Assembly (NCBI GenBank): GCA_963699255.1
Contig: OY969425.1
Location: forward strand, 960,001-992,000
Reading direction: 5' to 3'
From: an uncultured bacterium
Lineage (GTDB): Bacteria > Margulisbacteria > WOR-1 > CAVSGV01
Length of the DNA stretch: 32,000 nucleotides
A program made the position numbers and the translations under genes. Shown here one piece after another: positions 1 to 6,898 of this stretch (positions are counted from its first letter, which is position 1; each line of letters begins with the position of its first letter). Below the pieces are notes generated by a model. That model worked only from the letters and a program-made list of their open reading frames with translations, did no database searches and had not been told where the DNA came from.

Positions 1-1860
1 CTTCAGCGTAAGGAAAATAAAAGATTGGTTCAGCCGCCCGCTTCCCCCGAAACCTCCGACCGCGGCGAATACCGAATCCGCTTCCGGCCGTTTCGCGATA
101 ATTGATTCCGCCAGCCTGGATTTTTCATCCATATACGCAAGCGATGCCCATGCCGGCGTCTGGAGGCGCACCGCATATTGGCTCTGGTCCTGAGGCGGAA
201 CAAGCTCGCTTCTCAGCGCCCTGGCTACGGAGAAAGTAATGACAAAAAATATCACCGATGACCATATGATAAGACCCCTGCGGTCCAGCGACCAGGCAAG
301 CGCCTTGCGGTAACCTCTGTTCAGCCGCTTGAAGCTCCTGTCCAGGAACGCGGCGAACCGGTTCTCCCTGGTGCCCACCTCGACGAACTGCGAGCAGCGC
401 ATGGGAGTAAGGGTAAGCGCCTCAAAAAGCGAGAGCAGTACGGCGACGCTTATCGTCATGCCGAACTGGTAGAAGTATTTCCCGATTATCCCTTTCATGA
501 ACGCCACCGGCAGGAATATCGCGATTATCGCGATGCTCGCCGCCATCGCCGCGAAAGTTATCTCCCGCGCGCCTATCAGCGCGGCCGAAACCTTTTCTTC
601 GCCTTTCTCCTGGTGCCTCATGATGTTCTCAAGCACCATTATTGCGTCATCCACCACTATGCCGATGGCAAGGCTCAGCGCCATGAGGGTGAACATGTTC
701 AGGGTGAAGCCCATGAAGTAAACGAATATGAAAGTCCCGATGATGGATGTCGGTATCGCGAGCCATACGTTCAGGACCGCGGACCACGACCCCAGGAAGA
801 ACCAGCAGACGAGCCCGGTAAGTATCGCGGAGAGGAGGAGCGTCACTTTCAGCTCATTCACGGCATCCTCTATGAATTTCGTGTTATCCATCCTTATGGA
901 AAGGTCCATGCCTTTCGGCAGTTCTTTCTGGACCGCTTTCATTTTTGCGCGGACGGCTTTCGCCACTTCCACGGCATTGGTGCCTCTCTGTTTCAGGATG
1001 CCGAGCCCGACCGCCGATACTCCGTTGGCGCGCGCCATGTGCTCGATGTCCGCAAGGTCGTCTTTTATGCTCGCCACCTTCACCAGCGCCACGGGAGAAT
1101 AATTCGGCTGGCCTCCGCGGTAGTTGAGACGGATATTCTCGAATTCCTGTACGGTTTTTGCCTCTCCGAGGGTCCTGACGGTGTGTTCCGCTTTTACGTC
1201 CGCAACGTATCCGGCGGGCAGCTCCACATGCTCGTTCTGCACCGCGCTCACGACGTCCTGGGCGGTAAGCGCGTAGCGGTTCAGGTCGGACTTCCTCACC
1301 TCCACCCGGAGGTTCGGGTCAACGTATCCGCCGAACACCACGTCCCCGACGCCGGAGACGGTCGTGAACTTATCTTTTAATATATCGTTGACGTAAGCCA
1401 TGGCATCGCGGGTCGAGATGCCCGTGGTGTTAAGCGACAGCCATATTATCGGCTGATCGTCGGGATTTGTTTTTGTGATGATGGGCGGATCTATGTCGTT
1501 GGGAAGCAGCCGCTGCGCCTGGGATATCTTGGACTGTATCTCCTGCACCGCCACGTCTATGTTCTTGCTCAGTTCGAATTCCACCGAGATGCTCGTGCTG
1601 CCGTCGCGGGAAGTGGAGGTGACGGTCCTTACGCCTTCCACGCCCATGACCGCGTCCTCTATGTAATCGGCGACGTCCGTTTCCATTATCTGGGGTGAAG
1701 CTCCCGGATAAGTGACGCTGACGGAAACGACGGGGAAATCCACGTCCGGCATCAGGCTGACGCCCATCCTCATGAAAGAGATCGCGCCGAAAAGTATCAG
1801 CGCGAACATCATCATCCACGCGAACACGGGCCGCTTTATGGATATGTCAGATAAGATCAT
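1..1860 (-). CDS. RND-family efflux transporter (HAE/AcrB-like), N-terminal part; C-terminus runs off the left edge
   Basis: Reverse-strand translation from ATG at 1860 gives MILSDISIKRPVFAWMMMFALILFGAISFMRMGVSLMPDVDFPVVSVSVTYPGASPQIMETDVADYIEDAVMGVEGVRTVTSTSREGSTSISVEFELNKNIDVAVQEIQSKISQAQRLLP..., typical of AcrB/MexB-type pumps. Start overlaps the TolC stop (ATGA). Confidence 0.93.
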   Translation of the reverse strand, partial: MILSDISIKRPVFAWMMMFALILFGAISFMRMGVSLMPDVDFPVVSVSVTYPGASPQIMETDVADYIEDAVMGVEGVRTVTSTSRDGSTSISVEFELSKNIDVAVQEIQSKISQAQRLLPNDIDPPIITKTNPDDQPIIWLSLNTTGISTRDAMAYVNDILKDKFTTVSGVGDVVFGGYVDPNLRVEVRKSDLNRYALTAQDVVSAVQNEHVELPAGYVADVKAEHTVRTLGEAKTVQEFENIRLNYRGGQPNYSPVALVKVASIKDDLADIEHMARANGVSAVGLGILKQRGTNAVEVAKAVRAKMKAVQKELPKGMDLSIRMDNTKFIEDAVNELKVTLLLSAILTGLVCWFFLGSWSAVLNVWLAIPTSIIGTFIFVYFMGFTLNMFTLMALSLAIGIVVDDAIMVLENIMRHQEKGEEKVSAALIGAREITFAAMAASIAIIAIFLPVAFMKGIIGKYFYQFGMTISVAVLLSLFEALTLTPMRCSQFVEVGTRENRFAAFLDRSFKRLNRGYRKALAWSLDRRGLIIWSSVIFFVITFSVARALRSELVPPQDQSQYAVRLQTPAWASLAYMDEKSRLAESIIAKRPEADSVFAAVGGFGGSGRLNQSFIFLTLK

Positions 1861-3150
1861 TGCGCTTCCTTCCCGTCCGGAACATCTACTGATGCCGTTA
1901 TCGCCATTAGCGCGTTCATGTCGGATTTTAAGTTGTATATGGCTTTGTTAAGGGAACGCTCCACGTCCTGGTAAGAGGTCATGGCCTGCAGGACATCCAG
2001 GTTCGACACCAGACCGAGGTCGTAATCGCCGGATACCGCGATGTAATTCCTCTTCGCCAGATCCACGGCGTTCTGGAATTCTTTTACCTGCGACATGTCA
2101 TACGTCAGCCGCTGGTAGGTCGTCCTCAGGTCCTGCTTAGCCAGGCGTTCCACGCGCTCCAGGTCGTTCCGGCTCTGCCGCAGGAGCGATTCGGCTTCCG
2201 CGTGGCGGGAAGTGTTGAGCCCTCCGGTGAATATCGGAAGTGTCGCGGTGATCGTAGCGTCCCACTCGCTGTTCTGCAGGGTTCCTTTCGGGCGGCTGAA
2301 ATAATAATCCGCGGAAAGGTCAGCCGACGGCAGGTATGCGCCTTTTGCGATATCCACGTTGTTTCCCGCCGCTTCGGTCCTTGCGAGCGCCGCTTTTATG
2401 TCGGGGCGGCCGGATAATCTAGCGTTATAAGATTCAAAGCTTCCGATCGATGAAGGTATTTTATCCGCATCGGAAAGTTCCACCGACGGCGAGAGTCCCG
2501 TCAGGAAAGAGAGAAGTTCCCTGGCCGTGGACAGCTGCGACTTCACCTGCTCCACCTGGGCCATGAGCGTCGCGCGCGAAACCTGCACGGTAAGCACCTC
2601 CGTGGACCTGGACCTGCCTATCGCCACGCGCGCGCGCAGTTCCGTTATCCTCTTATCATACAGGTCCGCTTCCTTGCGTAATATAGCGATGTCGTTCTCA
2701 AGGGACAGGACAAGGTAGAAAGCGTTCGCGGTGTCCTGGTAAAGCTGAAGGGCCGCCCACTGGTAAGACCGCTTCTGCGATGTAATAAGGTTCTGGTTCA
2801 GCTTCAGCGCCGCGAAATCGCGGAAGCCCCTGAAGAGCGGCTGCGAAATTGAAAGCCTTGTCGTCGCCTGGTCCTTGTAAAGCGAAGTGTCGGTCGTTTC
2901 GGGGACAAGGTCCGAAGTGTCTTCATTAAAATATGTATAGCCTGCCGATATCCCCGGCATGCATCGCCGCCAGCGCCTGCCTGTAGTGCTCTTCGGCCTG
3001 CCGCACAAGCTCCTGATCGTCGGCCATGACCTCGCTCTGTTTCAGCGCCGACCGGAAACACGATTCAAGGCTTATTCCGTCGGCTGAACACTTAACGGCG
3101 GATCCCGCTATCATAAGACATATAATAATGTATATACTAAATTTTTTCAC
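1857..3150 (-). CDS. TolC-family outer membrane efflux protein, interrupted by an apparent +1 nt frameshift near 2961
   Basis: ORF 2926..3150 has a signal peptide plus ISLESCFRSALKQSEVMADDQELVRQAEEHYRQALAAM; ORF 1857..3008 continues with PGISAGYTYFNEDTSDLVPET...LSISQPLFRGFRDFAALK... and the TolC coiled-coil repeats. Removing one base at 2961 joins them into a 430-aa frame. Confidence 0.85.
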
Positions 3151-3271
3151 GAATTGAATATTTTATCAGCAAATCGGAGGGTATGGCAAGTAAAATCTAT
3201 GTAAAGATCGGGTAAAATCCATGGAACGACATTGCCTGTGCCGTTGAATTCATTGAAAGCTGCCGATCTTA

Positions 3272-3748
3272 TCAGAATCCCATCTTTCCAAACCCTCGGC
3301 CTCCGCCCATGCCTCCCCTTTTGCCCCCGCCTTTTCTTCCGCCCGCCTGGCTCTGCTGGGCTTTCTGCATGTCTTCCAGCTTCTTCATTTGATCATCGGT
3401 CAGGTACTGCGCCAGCTTATTGTTCGTCTGGATCTGGAGGTCGTTCATCGCGCTTTTTATCGCATCCCGGTTCCCCTGATCGTTCTTTATTATTTCGCTT
3501 CTCTTCGCCATATCTTCTTCAACGACCGGCTTTATCTGCTGAGCCTGCTTGTCGGTCAACGAAAGATATATGGCCATTTTGCTTACGACCTGATCGGCCG
3601 TTAGAGGCGCCTGCCGTTTCTGTTCTCCCTGTTTCTGCTGGTCGGCTGAAGGCGCTGCTCCGCCCATAGCGTACGCGGCGGCGCTTAACATCGAAATAAT
3701 ACTGAACATCAGAATGAAAACAAAAACAATATTTTTCCTGTGGAACAT
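3272..3748 (-). CDS. Signal-peptide-bearing periplasmic protein with a Spy/CpxP-like LTxxQ character
   Basis: 158 aa, MFHRKNIVFVFILMFSIISMLSAAAYAMGG signal peptide; LSLTDKQAQQIKPVVEED and YLTDDQMKKLEDM motifs; Gly/Arg-rich tail; RBS GAGGTG before ATG. Confidence 0.6.
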   Translation of the reverse strand: MFHRKNIVFVFILMFSIISMLSAAAYAMGGAAPSADQQKQGEQKRQAPLTADQVVSKMAIYLSLTDKQAQQIKPVVEEDMAKRSEIIKNDQGNRDAIKSAMNDLQIQTNNKLAQYLTDDQMKKLEDMQKAQQSQAGGRKGGGKRGGMGGGRGFGKMGF

Positions 3749-3781
3749 ATTTTCACCTCGCTCTGTCTGTCATATAAGAAA

Positions 3782-3811
3782 AAAGCCCTCCGAATTCCCG
3801 GAGGGCTTTTC
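3782..3811 (-). terminator. Rho-independent terminator between the small membrane protein and the LTxxQ-like gene (minus-strand orientation)
   Basis: 11-bp perfect stem AAAGCCCTCCG / CGGAGGGCTTT with 6-nt loop; followed on the minus strand by TTTTTTCTT. Confidence 0.8.
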
Positions 3812-3818
3812 GGTCGCA

Positions 3819-4124
3819 TTACTTTACGCTTTTTGCATGAACATGATGCCTGTGCATCCCCGCTCCTCCGGTCACATTCGATTTTTCCGTAGTGGTCATA
3901 TTTGAAGCTCCCTTGTCGGATCCGTATTCATGGTGCATGCGTCCGAAAGAACGCGCGCCGTATAGAACGGATATCAACGCAAGAACGATTATGACAACAG
4001 AAATGACCGCTCCGGTCGTTTTCATGCCGCCTTCCTCTTTGGCAGCCAGCACCCAGATGATGTACGCAAGCCCCAAAGCCGATAAAAGTTTCAATAAAGC
4101 CGAGCAAATTAACATTAATCCCAT
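3819..4124 (-). CDS. Small membrane protein of unknown function
   Basis: MGLMLICSALLKLLSALGLAYIIWVLAAKEEGGMKTTGAVISVVIIVLALISVLYGARSFGRMHH... The ATG at 4124 has an AAGGGGG Shine-Dalgarno; the ORF-track start at 4157 is probably too early. Two predicted TM segments. Confidence 0.6.
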   Translation of the reverse strand: MGLMLICSALLKLLSALGLAYIIWVLAAKEEGGMKTTGAVISVVIIVLALISVLYGARSFGRMHHEYGSDKGASNMTTTEKSNVTGGAGMHRHHVHAKSVK

Positions 4125-4160
4125 TAGTTTCACCCCCTTATTATGCGATCTTAACACGCA

Positions 4161-4215
4161 TTGTATTACTAATGCATTAGATTAACATTAAAACGGGATT
4201 AGAACTTAATTAAAG
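4161..4215 (-). promoter_or_regulatory. Phased 11-bp direct-repeat element (5 units of nnnTAAT-like sequence), copy A
   Basis: On the minus strand: CTTTAATTAAG TTCTAATCCCG TTTTAATGTTA ATCTAATGCAT TAGTAATACAA. Ungapped homolog at 10074..10128. Confidence 0.55.
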
Positions 4216-4288
4216 CATTGAAGCGTGATATTTTCGGGTATAGTATATATGTAAGCGATAATATTGCCCGTTAAAGGAGGTAATTCAT

Positions 4289-5005
4289 ATGAATAAGCTT
4301 TTAAAGGATATTTGTGAGAGGCGTTCTGACAGGGTGTTCTTTGATCCCGGTCGTCCTATAGCAAAGAAGGCCCTGGATCAGATACTTGAGGCGGCGCGCT
4401 GGGCGCCCACGGCCCACAACATGCAGAACTTCGAGCTGATAGTTGTTGACGATAAAAAGATACTCGGGGCCATCTCAAAGATAGAACGCCCGATGTCCGA
4501 AGCGTTCATCCGCGAGAATTATCCGCTGCTTTCTTTTTCAAAAGAGGAGCTCCTCAAAAGGAAAGTGGGGATACTGGGCACTACGTTCCCGCCGTCATGG
4601 AGGGATCCCGCAAAACTTGACGAAGCGGTCAAAGAAGCTACGCCGATGCCTCTCGGCGACCAGATCAAAAAAAGTGCCGTATTGCTTATCGTGGTCTATG
4701 ACCCGGCAAGAAGAGCTCCGGCTTCTGAAGGCGATTTCCTGGGCCATATCAGCCTCGGCTGCATGACGGAGAACATGTGGATCATGGCTAATTCACTGGG
4801 GATCGGTTTCCATATAGTCAGCACGGTGGGTTCCGATCCTGCGGAAAAAGAGGTAAAGGATATCCTGAACATCCCGAAAAACCTTAAGATAGTTTACGGG
4901 ATACGCCTGGGGTATGTCGCGGGTAAAGCGGCCCAGCCGCTCAGGGTGCGCCGTGACATAAATGATTTTACATACCATAACAGGTACGGGAGCAAGGGGG
5001 AATAA
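4289..5005 (+). CDS. Nitroreductase family protein
   Basis: 238 aa; ERRSDRVFFDPGRPIAKKALDQILEAARWAPTAHNMQNFELIVV and SLGCMTENMWIMANSLGIGFHIVS...LGYVAGK; RBS AAAGGAGG. Confidence 0.88.
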   Translation: MNKLLKDICERRSDRVFFDPGRPIAKKALDQILEAARWAPTAHNMQNFELIVVDDKKILGAISKIERPMSEAFIRENYPLLSFSKEELLKRKVGILGTTFPPSWRDPAKLDEAVKEATPMPLGDQIKKSAVLLIVVYDPARRAPASEGDFLGHISLGCMTENMWIMANSLGIGFHIVSTVGSDPAEKEVKDILNIPKNLKIVYGIRLGYVAGKAAQPLRVRRDINDFTYHNRYGSKGE

Positions 5006-5006
5006 T

Positions 5007-5762
5007 ATGAACTTATCCGGCAATACGGTCCTGATAACCGGCGGAGCGACGGGGATCGGATATGCGATGGCGGAGGCGTTCCTTGAAGCCGGCAGCGAAG
5101 TCCTGATCTGCGGGCGCAGGGCGACCAGGCTGCGCGAAGCGCAAAAGAACCATCCCGAATTCCATAATAAAGTTTGCAACATTGCGGATGATAAGGATAG
5201 AAAGTCCCTTTTCGAGTGGGCGACGTCGAATTTCAGGGATCTGAACGTCCTTGTGAACAATGCCGGCATTCAGCGCGACATAGACCTGACAAAGGGCCTT
5301 TATGAGATCACCTCGGGCGAAAACGAGATAAAGGTAAACCTGGAAGCGCCGATATATCTCTCCGCGCTGTTCATCCCGTTCCTGGCGAAAAAGAAAGGTG
5401 CGGCGATAATAAACGTATCATCCGGGCTTGGTTTTGTGCCGGCAGTCAAGATGCCGATATACAGCGCGACAAAAGCCGGCGTCCACGCTTACAGCATGGT
5501 CCTGAGGCAGCAGATGTTAAAGATCGGCATAAAAGTTTATGAAGTGATACCGCCGACGGTGGACAGCGAGCTGAACAAAGAAGGAAGGGCGAAGAGGCAC
5601 ATGCCGGCGCCGGAGCTTAAGCCGAAGGAATTCGTAGCCGCCGTAATGAAGGGGCTTCAGCAGGATGAACCAGAGATAGGTTACGGCATGTCGGCAGGGT
5701 TCAAGACCGCTTCAAGGGCCGATCTGGACAAGAGTTTTCAGATGATGAACAGCAGAATGTAA
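5007..5762 (+). CDS. Short-chain dehydrogenase/reductase (DltE-like)
   Basis: MNLSGNTVLITGGATGIGYAMAEAFLEAGSEVLICGRR (TGxxxGIG), NNAG, YSATKAGVHAYS catalytic YxxxK. ATG at 5007 preferred over the track start at 4962. Confidence 0.9.
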   Translation: MNLSGNTVLITGGATGIGYAMAEAFLEAGSEVLICGRRATRLREAQKNHPEFHNKVCNIADDKDRKSLFEWATSNFRDLNVLVNNAGIQRDIDLTKGLYEITSGENEIKVNLEAPIYLSALFIPFLAKKKGAAIINVSSGLGFVPAVKMPIYSATKAGVHAYSMVLRQQMLKIGIKVYEVIPPTVDSELNKEGRAKRHMPAPELKPKEFVAAVMKGLQQDEPEIGYGMSAGFKTASRADLDKSFQMMNSRM

Positions 5763-5893
5763 ATGACAAAACCCAAATGTCAAAATCCAAATGAATCATT
5801 TAAAGCCAAATAACAAACCGGTCTTTCGTGTTCATTTGGAATTGGTCATTCTGTCTTGATTCATTTGTCATTTGATATTGGACATTTGTCATT
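5762..5893. repeat. Imperfect inverted repeat built of short repeated words (about 37-nt arms)
   Basis: Left arm 5762-5798 AATGACAAAACCCAAATGTCAAAATCCAAATGAATCA pairs with the reverse complement of 5857-5893 at 29/37 positions; begins at the SDR stop codon. Confidence 0.6.
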
Positions 5894-5967
5894 ATGCCCC
5901 CGTTAATCTCTATTCTCTGATCTCTAATCTCTGCTTTTGTGATAGAATTGCCTCCGAGGTGATATTA

Positions 5968-6195
5968 ATGAATAGATGGCAAATGGTTCTTATGTGGCTC
6001 GTAGGTTTATATGTTTCGCTTATTATTTCCGATACCGGTCTGAAGCTCCTAATCCACGCCAAAAAGTCCGCGGAGACGCTTGAAACGGGATATCCTTTTA
6101 CAGTGCTGGCTGGCACCGCCTGGGCTTATATTATTCCGATCATTATCATCGGGGCGTTGGTGTTCATAACTGTTAAGGAGAATAAGAAGAAATAA
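5968..6195 (+). CDS. Small membrane protein, unknown function
   Basis: MNRWQMVLMWLVGLYVSLIISDTGLKLLIHAKKSAETLETGYPFTVLAGTAWAYIIPIIIIGALVFITVKENKKK; RBS GAGGTG; two TM segments. Confidence 0.6.
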   Translation: MNRWQMVLMWLVGLYVSLIISDTGLKLLIHAKKSAETLETGYPFTVLAGTAWAYIIPIIIIGALVFITVKENKKK

Positions 6196-6247
6196 TAATC
6201 AGATACAGTTTCTAGACTATACCTTGCGGCGAAAGGTGGTCAGCGTC

Positions 6248-6508
6248 TTATCCCTTTATTTTCCATCCTTGTTTCTTATAAGTCTCGACTATTATCCTCT
6301 CCGCGAAAAAAGGATATATCAGGATGGATATCCCGCCGGAAATGACGGCTAAAATGCCCGAAACCAGAGCGGAATCCCAGATCCCCAGATAGGCAAAATA
6401 GAACGGGCCGAACAATAATGTCCAGAGAAAAACCCTGCTTAGCTTGACCTCTCTCTGCCCCGTCGGCGAAACCAGAACGACCGCCATAAGATATATTCTC
6501 CCCTGCAT
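6248..6508 (-). CDS. Small membrane protein, unknown function
   Basis: 86 aa, VFLWTLLFGPFYFAYLGIWDSALVSGILAVISGGISILIYPFFAERIIVETYKKQGWKIKG; hydrophobic core and polar C-terminus typical of small integral membrane proteins. Confidence 0.5.
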   Translation of the reverse strand: MQGRIYLMAVVLVSPTGQREVKLSRVFLWTLLFGPFYFAYLGIWDSALVSGILAVISGGISILIYPFFAERIIVETYKKQGWKIKG

Positions 6509-6687
6509 AATTCTATAGCCCCCGCTCCAGATCAGTCAAGCGCAATGATGGTCTTCAATTATATTATCAGGCTAATATGAAAACTACAAAAAGGTATTAC
6601 TGCTACAATAATGTAATCAATCGTTAAACAACCAACAAAAATGTAACAGTTAAGCGCTCTTGATAAGATACCTTCTCACAGATAAGG

Positions 6688-6705
6688 ATGGCAATATTAT
6701 TGCTG
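6688..6705 (+). promoter_or_regulatory. Sigma-54 (RpoN) promoter, -24/-12 type
   Basis: ATGGCAATATTATTGCTG: GG at 6690-6691 and GC at 6702-6703 separated by exactly 10 nt, with TTGCT at -12. About 34 nt upstream of the small ORF and the permease-PII operon. Confidence 0.72.
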
Positions 6706-6736
6706 CTTATTACGTGTAAGAAGGGATGTGAGGGAG

Positions 6737-6862
6737 ATGGACATGACAGATTGCCTGGTATTAACGGTCTTCATTCTCATGTTCATAGGCATAGCAGGAA
6801 TGATCGTAAATAAAGGAGAGACTGTCAGCTATGACCCGACACAAGATTATTACCGCGTTTAG
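6737..6862 (+). CDS. 41-aa single-TM peptide immediately upstream of the permease
   Basis: MDMTDCLVLTVFILMFIGIAGMIVNKGETVSYDPTQDYYRV* (too short for the ORF track); GTGAGGGAG upstream; an alternative ATG is at 6743. Confidence 0.5.
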   Translation: MDMTDCLVLTVFILMFIGIAGMIVNKGETVSYDPTQDYYRV

Positions 6863-6898
6863 ATTCGGAGCTGAATTTAATAAAGGGGGCTGGTTAAT

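Noticed and set aside
613-1380. Long plus-strand ORF (255 aa) opposite the RND gene
   Set aside because: Shadow ORF: the minus strand encodes a convincing RND transporter; the plus translation is His/Arg/Pro-rich with no recognisable domain and no RBS.
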